From a virus (taxonomy: Duplodnaviria; Caudoviricetes), in IMG/VR virus record IMGVR_UViG_3300023060_000001, positions 1-64,000 of that record: a stretch of 64,000 nucleotides of DNA; one strand, written 5' to 3'. Of this stretch, positions 48,424 through 57,528 are shown in pieces. The notes under the pieces are model-generated. The model ran no database searches and was not told where the DNA came from. It saw only the letters and a list, made by a program, of their open reading frames with translations. The translations under genes and the position numbers were made by a program. The first letter of the stretch is position 1, and each line of letters begins with the position of its first letter.

Positions 48424-51054
48424 TCATCGGATAGACTTGCGGTAAGATGTGTATGCTGTTGGGGAGGTGGTGTCTGGGAGGCTGTAGGCGCGGATTATAC
48501 GGTGTTCTCTTAAAGTAAGGTAACAATCACTGACACAATCTACAAAGTCATCCTTCTTAGTTCGGGTTGACCTCTCTCCTGTAAAATCCTCTAATTCTCT
48601 AATAAATGCGTTGTATGTTGCTTTATTGGGAAAAGTATTTTCTACTATGTGAACTATACCATTTTCAGCAGCCGAACAGAAAGTCAAAAATTTCTTCAAT
48701 TTACCTTGTGCTTGTGTACCTACCTTAGCGGTCTTAACTAGGAATCCATTATCTAAAAACATCTTCTTAAGCTGTTCTTCTTCCCCCTTACCTGCACCTG
48801 ATTCACTTGGGATAACTACTGTACAGTCGGCACCATCGTGTTGTGCTTGAAGTAACATCCATTCATCCCTAGTACCTACTCTTTTTCTAAACCTCCCGTA
48901 TATTACATCTTCCCCTTTCTTAAAGTCATCGTGTAGGGTTTCATCCCACTCCCCTGTTATATAATATTCTCCCTTAGAACATTTATACATTTTAACGCTT
49001 GCAGTATAATCGGGTTGTGATTTTATATTATCAGAGTAAGCCTTATCCCAAGCCCTTACACAAATAGACCCTTCTGGAACTTCATCGGCCTTCTTTAAGA
49101 AGCTTTCTAGAAAGTAGCTCTCCCCTTTTGGCTTGGCGTACCAGTTTCCATAAAGTTGAGTTGAACGTTCATGATCTGGGAGGTTATTCAATTCCGACAA
49201 ATACTGTGGGTTACTCTTCAATCCTATCTCATTATCAAATATACTGAAAAAATAGAATGTAAATCTTTTAGGAGGTACATACCTTATAGAACCATCAGGA
49301 AAGGTAACGTTAACTGTTTCTGGGTGGTTATCTTTAAAGAATTGTTCGTCAGGTCCAAACACAGGTTCGTCGTCTTTAACTACATACCACCTAATTTCCC
49401 CGCATTTTTCTATATCAGGGAAACCTGTTTCCTTATCCAAGTAATAATCTACAAACTTCATACACCAAGATGAATTGTCAGGGTTTAAAGTTCCTACCAT
49501 AAAACTATTCATATCTGCCTCAGATCTTAAACAAGTCATGAGCATTTTGGCTTGGTCCCAAGTAAATTGATTTATTTCATCGAAATATACTGCAGAGTAC
49601 CCTTTTCCTCGGTGGCTTTCTTCATCCCCCTCGTGGTACATGTGCCTATATAATGATTTAGACCCTGAAGGGAAAGTCCAAGATTTATCTGACTTATTAG
49701 GTATTGCTCCGAAATGAGTGTACTGGTTTTCTCCTTTCTCCCATAATCCATTAGCCCCCATTATCTCATCATAGCTTCTACGAAACTTTATACTTCTGTA
49801 TTTAGGGTCGTGGGCGAAAAGTAAGTCCATCATAGATATTAGTTCGGTGTTGTGGGTAACTATAAAATCATCTGTTAAGTATAATCTATTTGGATTATCT
49901 ACTCCTATACAAGCACCATCACATGTTCTGGAGAAGGTTATGGATTTCACAACTCTGAATAATCTTTTACCCCTATCTTTAAGTCTGGATAATTTTCTTT
50001 CTAATCTGAAGGGCTTTATCTCGTAAGGTAACCTTATATACAACTTATAAACTTCCTTGCAAAAGGTACGTACACCTTCTTTCTTATAAGACCCTTGTTT
50101 CGATGTTATAGTCGCTAGTCCTCCTAAACTTTGGACTAAATCTTTTATATCTTGAGCTAGAACTTTACTGGTCGTATCATAATATAATTTTCCCTCTTTA
50201 GATATATACCCGTCACTGTCCATTAAACCTTGAAGAAGATTCTCCCTCTCCTCAAGAGAAATAAATTTATATTTTTCAGGTAAAAATTTAGTATTAGAGT
50301 ATGTTCCTGCTAACCCTAACTTACGTAAAGATTTCAATATATTCTCTTTTTCAGGGGAGTGGTTTATGTGTACATCTATTTCTGTGTGAGTAGTAAATTT
50401 ATAACCTAATTCTAATAAAGCTTTATCTATTTCATTATCCGAAGGATCTCTTGTTATCCTTAATATGTTTTTAGATAAACATTGGGATAGGCATCCATCG
50501 CCTAACAGATAACCTAGAAGGTAAGGATCAATATCTATTTTATATTGTGTCTCATAAATTACAGGTTTTGTCACTGGTATCTTGGTCTTATACCCTTTTT
50601 CTAGCCAACCCATTAATTCTTTTGTAGTAAGAACCTTAGCTCTTACAGGAAACAGGTTTTGATCTTCTCTATAAACCCCTCCTTTTTTTAAACGTCTCTC
50701 TGTTTTATTTGGTTGGTGACCTTTCCAAGCTACCCATAAGTGCTCTAAACCTGCCTCGCAAGAGCTACCGTCCTCAAATTCTATTTTATAAAAATCCCAA
50801 TCTTTATGAGGGTACACCTTCTTTACACTCTGCCTATACCCTTCGGGGTTTAATATTATATCGCCCTCTTCAATACAACCATGAGTTTTATTACCAAAGG
50901 GTGTTTTTATCTCTGCGTCAAAAGGCATTACTTTGCCTCCGAACCTGCTGCCGCCTATAAGACAGAAATCAACCTCTTGATTTTTAATCATTTTAAATAA
51001 TTCTTCTTGACGGCCTTTTTGAGGTCTTACATCCTTACTACTATTATAAGCCAT
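48424..51054 (-). CDS. terL: terminase large subunit precursor with intein (515 aa after splicing)
   Basis: GGSRFGGK|T Walker A, YFDE Walker B, TLNP, RAWD.A, DD.VD. Confidence 0.93.
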   Translation of the reverse strand: MAYNSSKDVRPQKGRQEELFKMIKNQEVDFCLIGGSRFGGKVMPFDAEIKTPFGNKTHGCIEEGDIILNPEGYRQSVKKVYPHKDWDFYKIEFEDGSSCEAGLEHLWVAWKGHQPNKTERRLKKGGVYREDQNLFPVRAKVLTTKELMGWLEKGYKTKIPVTKPVIYETQYKIDIDPYLLGYLLGDGCLSQCLSKNILRITRDPSDNEIDKALLELGYKFTTHTEIDVHINHSPEKENILKSLRKLGLAGTYSNTKFLPEKYKFISLEERENLLQGLMDSDGYISKEGKLYYDTTSKVLAQDIKDLVQSLGGLATITSKQGSYKKEGVRTFCKEVYKLYIRLPYEIKPFRLERKLSRLKDRGKRLFRVVKSITFSRTCDGACIGVDNPNRLYLTDDFIVTHNTELISMMDLLFAHDPKYRSIKFRRSYDEIMGANGLWEKGENQYTHFGAIPNKSDKSWTFPSGSKSLYRHMYHEGDEESHRGKGYSAVYFDEINQFTWDQAKMLMTCLRSEADMNSFMVGTLNPDNSSWCMKFVDYYLDKETGFPDIEKCGEIRWYVVKDDEPVFGPDEQFFKDNHPETVNVTFPDGSIRYVPPKRFTFYFFSIFDNEIGLKSNPQYLSELNNLPDHERSTQLYGNWYAKPKGESYFLESFLKKADEVPEGSICVRAWDKAYSDNIKSQPDYTASVKMYKCSKGEYYITGEWDETLHDDFKKGEDVIYGRFRKRVGTRDEWMLLQAQHDGADCTVVIPSESGAGKGEEEQLKKMFLDNGFLVKTAKVGTQAQGKLKKFLTFCSAAENGIVHIVENTFPNKATYNAFIRELEDFTGERSTRTKKDDFVDCVSDCYLTLREHRIIRAYSLPDTTSPTAYTSYRKSIR
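49849..50931 (-). mobile_element. 361-aa LAGLIDADG intein in the terminase Walker A
   Basis: Begins VMPFDAEIKTP and ends FIVTHN/T; block B EHLW, block F ACIGV; LLGYLLGDG and LLQGLMDSDG. Confidence 0.9.
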
Positions 51055-51111
51055 TAAATACTCCTAAAACTATCACCATTTACCCAATACTACCACACCC
51101 CTCTCACAATG

Positions 51112-51549
51112 TCAACACCTCCACTTGCAAACCACCTTACGCCAAATAGCAGCCACTCTCACAAAAGTATAATTTACAAAAGTTTTCCCTTTACAAAGTC
51201 CACACTCTTTCATCACTTGTTTATAATATTTATGAATTGTCACTTTGTCATAACCGTCTAACCCGTGAGAATGTCTATACATTTGGCGTAAAACGTCTAA
51301 CACTAAGCTTGGCAAGTACATCACACTTTCACCATGAACAGTGATTTCCTCTTTACCAGTGCAATTCCACACATTCCAACTGTACCCTTTATAAATAATC
51401 AACTTACCAGAAGGGTGTATTTCTGCCAACAATGTATTCCTTTCTGCACAACCCCTTGCGTAAATGTAATGTGGTGTGCCGCTGTAGGGAGGCGTTTTAA
51501 AGGTGATTTCGCAGTAGGTGGTGTAATCGTATAAGTTTCCATTTTTCAT
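51112..51549 (-). CDS. hypothetical protein (DUF1353-like)
   Basis: I.KGYSW...SL..D.L.Q...Y.FVR pattern; own promoter. Confidence 0.6.
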   Translation of the reverse strand: MKNGNLYDYTTYCEITFKTPPYSGTPHYIYARGCAERNTLLAEIHPSGKLIIYKGYSWNVWNCTGKEEITVHGESVMYLPSLVLDVLRQMYRHSHGLDGYDKVTIHKYYKQVMKECGLCKGKTFVNYTFVRVAAIWRKVVCKWRC

Positions 51550-51623
51550 AGCTCTACGGCCTTAATAGAAGGGTTATTTGTAATAATTATATGCTTGTTG
51601 TAAAGGGTTGTCAAATTTCAGGC

Positions 51624-51662
51624 AAGAAAAAAGCCCCAGCCGAGGAGAGGCGACTGGGGCTT
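51624..51662 (-). terminator. intrinsic terminator
   Basis: aagccccag...ctggggctt followed by a U-tract on the minus strand. Confidence 0.8.
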
Positions 51663-51819
51663 GGAGTTTCCTCAAAAGAGGAGTTCCCTTTTAAAGGGAT
51701 GCACCATAAGGTATGGTGCGAGGAGAGATCTTGAGGAAAGATCAATTTTATTATTGTTATTGGAATTTTTGTTAATTTTAAGGAGATTATTTCGGTCTAG
51801 TTGCCATTGGTTAATCCTC

Positions 51820-53220
51820 TTAATAACTCGATATATTACCGTTTCTAGCGCCTGTGCCAGAGTGGTTTTTTAAATAGGCATTAGCCGTGCCGCTAGCTGT
51901 AACTCCGATACTGGTCGAAAAGTCAGTGCAACTCTCTAACCACATTTCAGCAGCACCAGACCAAACCCCAAAGCCGCCGTAATTAATCGGACCTCCGTTG
52001 ATTATATCCCCCTCAGATTGACCCGCAGTAGATCCAAAATGCCAAACTTGAGTGCCATCACCAACATGCCCCGCATTAGTGCCTATAGAGCCTAGCCAAT
52101 TCCCACCAATATCAATAGCTTTTAGACCATCATGCACTGTAATTCCGTTGTTTGATGTAGACGTATTGTCTATATATCCGTTATCAAAACCAGTGCAGTT
52201 AACTGTAAGCATTGATGGACTGACCTCGCCCTCTACATGCAAGTTAAAACCATCTTTACTATTCAGTGACACATCAGAATTGAATGCTGCAAAAAGCCCG
52301 CAACCAAGTATTTGACATCCGTCTTTTGGTGTTCCACCGCCACCACCCCCGTATGCTAGGTTGAAGCTACAACCATTAACAACAACGTAATTATCTATAC
52401 CACCCCTTACGCTAAAGGCACCGTCATTACCTCCGATACATTTAATGCCACTCATATAGATATTGTGATTACCTGAAAAGCTAGCACCCTCCGCGCTCAA
52501 CCCTATCAAAGTGTTGCCGTTACTTGCTGGAGCTGAGTTAAACGTGTGAACGTAAACTGTCACGTTATCTGTGTAAAAACTACCAGACAGGGCGTTACAC
52601 TCAGATATAGATCCCACTTCTGTGTAAAGTTTTGACGATGCCCTTTTCGATAGCGATGATGGGTCTATAACAGCAAGAGCGTTAGATCTTGCTGTCTCAT
52701 ACACAAAATCCTGCCCCGCTGTTTTTGTGTAAGTTAACTCATCAAAAGTTCCAGTTATAACATCCCCGTAAACTGACTCTATTGATATGGGCGCTGTTAA
52801 GGCTTTAATTGCGTTTGCGTGACCGATTGATTTAAACCTACTGTAGATACCACCTTTTACTAATATTCTGGTTGGCAACCCGCTAGATATTGCCGTGTCT
52901 ATTGCCGCACCTATAGCTCTTTCAGCTTGCGCCCAGCTTGTTCCGTCACCTGAACTGTCAGGCTTGTTTGAGTCTACATATAAAGTGTTTGTAAAAACGC
53001 TAAAATCAATTAAATCTTCAGGCTTTAGATTGCACTGATAAGTGCCACCAACTTTTGCAGCATATACTTCTGGTAGATCTTCAGGCCAGTTAAACCCTGC
53101 TGGGCTTGCTGTGTATTGAATACCTGAATCAATCAATCCATTAACCGTTTCTGCTATTTCTGCACCTGTACTATTACCCGCCGCACCTTTAGCGCCTGCT
53201 ACTAATTTAATAATTGCCAT
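51820..53220 (-). CDS. beta-helix (pectin lyase-like) virion appendage / depolymerase
   Basis: YVD....GDGTSW..A..I..AI and DG.N.H repeats; visibly more GC-rich than flanks. Confidence 0.7.
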   Translation of the reverse strand: MAIIKLVAGAKGAAGNSTGAEIAETVNGLIDSGIQYTASPAGFNWPEDLPEVYAAKVGGTYQCNLKPEDLIDFSVFTNTLYVDSNKPDSSGDGTSWAQAERAIGAAIDTAISSGLPTRILVKGGIYSRFKSIGHANAIKALTAPISIESVYGDVITGTFDELTYTKTAGQDFVYETARSNALAVIDPSSLSKRASSKLYTEVGSISECNALSGSFYTDNVTVYVHTFNSAPASNGNTLIGLSAEGASFSGNHNIYMSGIKCIGGNDGAFSVRGGIDNYVVVNGCSFNLAYGGGGGGTPKDGCQILGCGLFAAFNSDVSLNSKDGFNLHVEGEVSPSMLTVNCTGFDNGYIDNTSTSNNGITVHDGLKAIDIGGNWLGSIGTNAGHVGDGTQVWHFGSTAGQSEGDIINGGPINYGGFGVWSGAAEMWLESCTDFSTSIGVTASGTANAYLKNHSGTGARNGNISSY

Positions 53221-53432
53221 TATCGCTCACTCCATAATTCAGAATTTTCATCCATTACGGATGCGTTGTATATTGCACCTGTACTATCTAAAAATGTATC
53301 CTCTTCTACAGGGATATGAGGTGAGAATTTCCTAGATGATGAGCTTGTAGATGGTAAGCTAATACTAACACTCACTATTCCACTTAGAGAAGACTTTTTA
53401 ACAGGTGTCTCCTGTACGATCTTAACCTTCAT
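53220..53432 (-). CDS. hypothetical protein
   Basis: Coupled to the downstream gene. Confidence 0.5.
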   Translation of the reverse strand: MKVKIVQETPVKKSSLSGIVSVSISLPSTSSSSRKFSPHIPVEEDTFLDSTGAIYNASVMDENSELWSER

Positions 53433-53499
53433 AAAATTTTAAACCTTTTAAATATTGTAATAATTGTTTAAATAGTATAACACATTTACTAAAATTATA

Positions 53500-54006
53500 C
53501 TAATTTACAGAAGGTTCATCATTATCAAATTGAATATCTAAATAAGGGGCGAACTCTTCTTCAATTTCTTCATCTTCTAAATTAGAATTAGCCTTCTCTT
53601 GGGCAAGTTTAAGTTTACGCTCTGCCTCTGCTAAAGCTTTCTGTTCCTTTTCAAAAGCATTATTATTATCCAGCACTTTAGATACTACTGTTAACTGGGT
53701 ATTCTCTTTGTACTTAGTTGGATTATACGCTGGAACATACTCATTCAGGAACATAGGGTTATCTTTAGAAGGTTTCTTAGATGCATCAAAATTAGGATTC
53801 TGTACTTGTACAATATTAGCTTTACCTATGTTAGAAGGATCAGTACTTTCATCAATATCTAAAACAAGTCTTTCTAAAATGTCCATACTCTTACCAGAAA
53901 GTTTTGCCATACGTTTTTGTACACGTACATAAGCAATCTGATGAGCATTCTTCATTTGATCTTCTAATAAAGGAGCACCACCTTTGTTGGTTTTATCATC
54001 TGCCAT
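53500..54006 (-). CDS. putative terminase small subunit
   Basis: NKGG.P N-terminus, helical body, acidic tail; upstream of terL. Confidence 0.5.
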   Translation of the reverse strand: MADDKTNKGGAPLLEDQMKNAHQIAYVRVQKRMAKLSGKSMDILERLVLDIDESTDPSNIGKANIVQVQNPNFDASKKPSKDNPMFLNEYVPAYNPTKYKENTQLTVVSKVLDNNNAFEKEQKALAEAERKLKLAQEKANSNLEDEEIEEEFAPYLDIQFDNDEPSVN

Positions 54007-54020
54007 AATAGGGTCACCTT

Positions 54021-54302
54021 TTAATAATCTGCACTTCTATCAATATTAACTTCAATCAAAGTAGCAATCTCTTCCATCAAATCATACTCACTTTCATGAA
54101 TACCTTCATATTCAGAATAATCACTACCTGTTGAAGATTGACAACGCGAGCACATATCTTCTTCTACTATTGGATAATTACCATTGCTACCATCTAATGT
54201 GATCTTAGTGACTTTATTCGGATTAGTTTTATGTGGAACGACTATTTTCTTGAATTGTCTGGTGCGTGGTAATTCTTTGTTGCAGCTTACACATCTACAC
54301 AT
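54021..54302 (-). CDS. zinc-finger protein
   Basis: RCVSCN...EEDMCSRC. Confidence 0.65.
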   Translation of the reverse strand: MCRCVSCNKELPRTRQFKKIVVPHKTNPNKVTKITLDGSNGNYPIVEEDMCSRCQSSTGSDYSEYEGIHESEYDLMEEIATLIEVNIDRSADY

Positions 54303-54493
54303 GGAATACCTCTTGAATTTGGAAGGCTGTTAAAACAGCTCTTATTATTGTAAAATATATTAATAAAGAGCACAAGGCTCTTGAGGAGGTCTATTATGAA
54401 AATAGTATTATGAAGATTAAAGAATGGATGTTCTTTATTAATATATCTCTGTTTATGTTGTAATTATAACACTTTGTTTAAGGGTGTGTCAAA

Positions 54494-54567
54494 TGGATGC
54501 CTTCGGTTGGAATTGAACCAACATATCCTCATTAAAAGTAAGTCGCTTACCAGTTAGCTACGAAGGC
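54494..54567 (-). tRNA. tRNA-Lys(UUU), slightly atypical
   Basis: Acceptor GCCTTCG/CGAAGGC; anticodon loop CTTTTAA; T-arm GTTGG-TTCAATT-CCAAC. Confidence 0.75.
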
Positions 54568-54568
54568 T

Positions 54569-54645
54569 TGGCACAAGAGGTAAGATTCGAACTTACAACC
54601 GTCTCCTTAGAAGGGAGATGAACTATCCAATTGTTCTACTCTTGC
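54569..54645 (-). tRNA. tRNA-Arg(UCU)
   Basis: Full cloverleaf: TCTCC-CTTCTAA-GGAGA, GTAAG-TTCGAAT-CTTAC, encoded CCA. Confidence 0.93.
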
Positions 54646-54653
54646 TAAAAATA

Positions 54654-54744
54654 AATAACCCTATCCACAGTAGCGACTCTGTGTGCAAGTCGGGTTAACT
54701 CTTGCATAAAGACACCTGATGCCAATAAAGACAACGGCTCCTAG
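54654..54744 (-). ncRNA. unassigned pseudoknotted RNA, copy A
   Basis: Three hairpins plus loop/3'-tail pairing; stems covary with copy B. Confidence 0.7.
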
Positions 54745-54930
54745 CCTACATACCTAATATATTTTATATACACCGCACAGGTACATCCTTCTACTTCCAA
54801 GCTTTGCTTTTCAGCTTCTGCGGTAACGGTTTAATTCCAACTTACAATCAAGTTACCATACAATTGTACATCAGAGATAGGGCGGTAGGATAAGGAAAGA
54901 TATACAATCTTCCATACACCCCTTTTAAAA

Positions 54931-55019
54931 AATAACCCTGTTCGAGTAGCGACTCTCGTGCAGATCGGGTCAGCTTCTGCATAAAGACACCGTTAGCTAG
55001 TAAGCATAACAGTTCCTAA
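54931..55019 (-). ncRNA. unassigned pseudoknotted RNA, copy B
   Basis: Near-identical loops and linkers with compensatory stem changes relative to copy A. Confidence 0.7.
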
Positions 55020-55081
55020 GGTATTCTCTATGTAACCAAATTCACTCCCTTTTATAGAAGTAACTACTTTCAGTTACATTA

Positions 55082-55435
55082 TTAATAACCTGAAAGTTGT
55101 TCTAATACTTTAGATTCAATCTTAGCTAAAATGCATTTAAGATTGTCAGATACATCACTTTTACCTGAGGATAATCTACTGTAGAGAATACCCAAGCCAT
55201 CAATGATATCTACGGTAAAGTGACTATCTTTTTCTAATAGGTCTAAATTAGCCTTAATCTTTCCCTCTATAGACTTTAGTACACCCACTGTATCATGTCT
55301 TAGATAGTTATCTTCTCGGAAAATCCTAACATGAAGCTTACCTAAAGTATCTAACTTACCTAAAATTTCCTGAACACTCATTAATCTCTCCTCCTGTGTT
55401 AATAAATTTAGGTGAAAAGTCAATTCCTGCTGCAC
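55082..55435 (-). CDS. hypothetical protein
   Basis: Follows a TTGACA..TATACT promoter; may start at MSVQ after AGGAGG. Confidence 0.6.
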   Translation of the reverse strand: MQQELTFHLNLLTQEERLMSVQEILGKLDTLGKLHVRIFREDNYLRHDTVGVLKSIEGKIKANLDLLEKDSHFTVDIIDGLGILYSRLSSGKSDVSDNLKCILAKIESKVLEQLSGY

Positions 55436-55484
55436 AATTCACCTTATACGATTAAGTATACACTAATTTAAAATGTTGTCAACT

Positions 55485-56201
55485 TTATTGAAGTAAACTT
55501 TCAACAAATGCTTGTTCCTTTTCATCATTCCATTTCACATTAGCAAGTAACCATTGTACATAAGAAAGATCCTCTTGCACCAAATCAACCCACTTCTTAC
55601 CTTGGTCTTTGTACTTGTTGAAATCACACACTTCAATATTATTAACCTTGGGTGCAATTAGTGTGTACGCTTCATCAACAGTGAGATTATATTTTTCCAA
55701 CATGGCAACCAATACGTTAGCGGTCATTAACGCATCGGGCAGCGCAGAGTGTGCATCTCCAATAAACTCTTTACCAAAAGGGTCTTTGTAGCAACCTAGA
55801 TAATAGAATAAAGTGGTATTCTTATGATCACCAGATTCACCTTTTGGTATAAGTTTCCTTGCTAGTTTCAAAGTACATAACAATTTCACATCGTCAGGAA
55901 TAAACCCTTCTGGAAAGAACTTTTCATCAAATTGCATATTGTGGCAAACTACATACTTTGTTGATGGGTGAATTTTAAACTTAGGTAGCACTTTATCAAT
56001 AGTAGGTTTATCTGCCACCATTTCATTTGTGATGCCTGTGATACCCATTGCACCCCATGTAATATCCTTTTCTGGATTGATGTACGCACTTTTGCATGTG
56101 CTTTTGATAAGTTGATATTTCTTATCTAATCGACATTTACCAATTTGAGTTGCTTTTGGATCGCCTAATCCTGTTGCCTCAAAATCAAATACTTCTATCA
56201 T
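55485..56201 (-). CDS. DEDDh 3'-5' exonuclease (ExoX / DnaQ-like)
   Basis: DFEATG, HN..FD, CTL.LAR, HSAL.D; C-terminal F.KYK...W...SYV.WL domain. Confidence 0.9.
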   Translation of the reverse strand: MIEVFDFEATGLGDPKATQIGKCRLDKKYQLIKSTCKSAYINPEKDITWGAMGITGITNEMVADKPTIDKVLPKFKIHPSTKYVVCHNMQFDEKFFPEGFIPDDVKLLCTLKLARKLIPKGESGDHKNTTLFYYLGCYKDPFGKEFIGDAHSALPDALMTANVLVAMLEKYNLTVDEAYTLIAPKVNNIEVCDFNKYKDQGKKWVDLVQEDLSYVQWLLANVKWNDEKEQAFVESLLQ

Positions 56202-56344
56202 GTTTTCTCCTCTAGTTTATGTAGTAATTCCGTTAACCATTCTAGGACGTTGTTAGCTTCTTCTGATTCAGGGTTCTCCAGTGTTGATAAGTAAGCTCCG
56301 TGGTGTATAGATGCTAACTCGTCTATTAAATCTTCTTTACTCAT
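56198..56344 (-). CDS. small hypothetical protein
   Basis: Likely start is MSKED after GGAG. Confidence 0.5.
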   Translation of the reverse strand: MSKEDLIDELASIHHGAYLSTLENPESEEANNVLEWLTELLHKLEEKT

Positions 56345-56588
56345 TAGGTAACTCCATATAAACATCATCCCAATAAATATCACCTTGTGGAGTACGTTCC
56401 CACTCAAAAGCCTCTGTTAAAGTTTCGTCCCAATTGAACACAGGGCTATCTTTACTAGGTACATAACCTCTGTAAGCAAGTGTAAGATCTTCTAAAGCAG
56501 CCACCTTTCCGATGACACCTGATACCTCTAAAAACAATCGAGATTGCGTTAAAAGGGGTTTATTTTCGATAATTGAATCTTGTTTCAT
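56337..56588 (-). CDS. hypothetical protein
   Basis: AF.W..TPQG..YW motif typical of phage proteins. Confidence 0.7.
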   Translation of the reverse strand: MKQDSIIENKPLLTQSRLFLEVSGVIGKVAALEDLTLAYRGYVPSKDSPVFNWDETLTEAFEWERTPQGDIYWDDVYMELPNE

Positions 56589-56589
56589 G

Positions 56590-56796
56590 TTATAACCTCA
56601 TCCAAGTTTGATAATCCGCTTCTGTTAAATGTGAATCCTCTTGTTCCTCAAGTTTATACTTGTGTTCTTCACATGCTAATTCAGCACTCCAACTTCTTCG
56701 GTAAATGGCATCAACACGTTCACCATTCTTTTCAAGTTTACAAAAGGTGCAATACTTCATACCATTGTTTCTTTCTTTGGGTTTAATTTTTCTCAT
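56590..56796 (-). CDS. small zinc-finger protein
   Basis: YC..CK...AC..H...TEADYQTW. Confidence 0.65.
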   Translation of the reverse strand: MRKIKPKERNNGMKYCTFCKLEKNGERVDAIYRRSWSAELACEEHKYKLEEQEDSHLTEADYQTWMRL

Positions 56797-57020
56797 AATA
56801 ATTCTCCTTCTTTTTGTAAAAGGTAGAAAGGATCTTCTGCTGAAACAGACAACACATAACCATCAAGTACCCAATCCATAAAGTTAAGTCCGCAAGTAAA
56901 CTCTCCTTGTTCTTTAAAACCTTTCAGAGAAACTCCAACCTCTTCATAAAGTCTACTTTCAAATTCCACAATAGAATCTGTAGCGCAATCATCTTGCTGG
57001 AATAGTTTAATTAATTTCAT
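56793..57020 (-). CDS. hypothetical protein
   Basis: ATGA-coupled. Confidence 0.6.
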   Translation of the reverse strand: MKLIKLFQQDDCATDSIVEFESRLYEEVGVSLKGFKEQGEFTCGLNFMDWVLDGYVLSVSAEDPFYLLQKEGELL

Positions 57021-57202
57021 AATAAGTCCTCTTTATAATCGACACACTTCAAACGTTCTGGTTCCCAATGCACAAATGAACAGCCATTACGGCATTTAAC
57101 ATTACCACTGGGCAGGAAACCTTCTACAGTAAGTAATCTTCCGTCAGGATCAACCACCACTTGATACTCTGATAATGGATAACCGTTCATATCTTTCTTC
57201 AT
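57017..57202 (-). CDS. hypothetical protein
   Basis: Likely start is MKKD in an ATGA overlap. Confidence 0.55.
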   Translation of the reverse strand: MKKDMNGYPLSEYQVVVDPDGRLLTVEGFLPSGNVKCRNGCSFVHWEPERLKCVDYKEDLL

Positions 57203-57528
57203 TTCATTTCCCCTAAAGGTAAATCTTTTACGAAGTCTAAATCTTTTTCCCATGCTTCTACAATTTCATTAAAACCTTCCCCATATTCTAAAGTGTACTT
57301 AAAATTAATACATGAGTTTGTTTCATAAGATTGTCTTTTTATAATAATACCTGTTGTAATAATATTAAACACTTGCACCTTAACTTTCTGGTTAAGCGAG
57401 TATTTGAATATAGTATCTTTGTAAGATTGTAATTCTTCAATAGCAATCCATGCTTGCATAATATCTTTACCGTCGTATTCTCCGTTACGTAACTTCTGAC
57501 ATAGATACTCTAAATCTTGTTTGTTCAT
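57199..57528 (-). CDS. hypothetical protein
   Basis: Likely start is MNKQ after GAGGAG. Confidence 0.6.
   Translation of the reverse strand: MNKQDLEYLCQKLRNGEYDGKDIMQAWIAIEELQSYKDTIFKYSLNQKVKVQVFNIITTGIIIKRQSYETNSCINFKYTLEYGEGFNEIVEAWEKDLDFVKDLPLGEMK

Noticed and set aside
51661-51873. 70-aa + strand ORF
   Set aside because: Overlaps the hairpin array and terminator; sequence is not protein-like
54750-54925. tmRNA (the minus strand begins GGGG)
   Set aside because: No T-arm or acceptor-CCA 3' end and no convincing tag frame
54650-55020. CRISPR mini-array (some related phages carry CRISPR-Cas)
   Set aside because: Only two ~90-nt diverged copies with covarying stems, no repeat-spacer periodicity and no cas genes in the window
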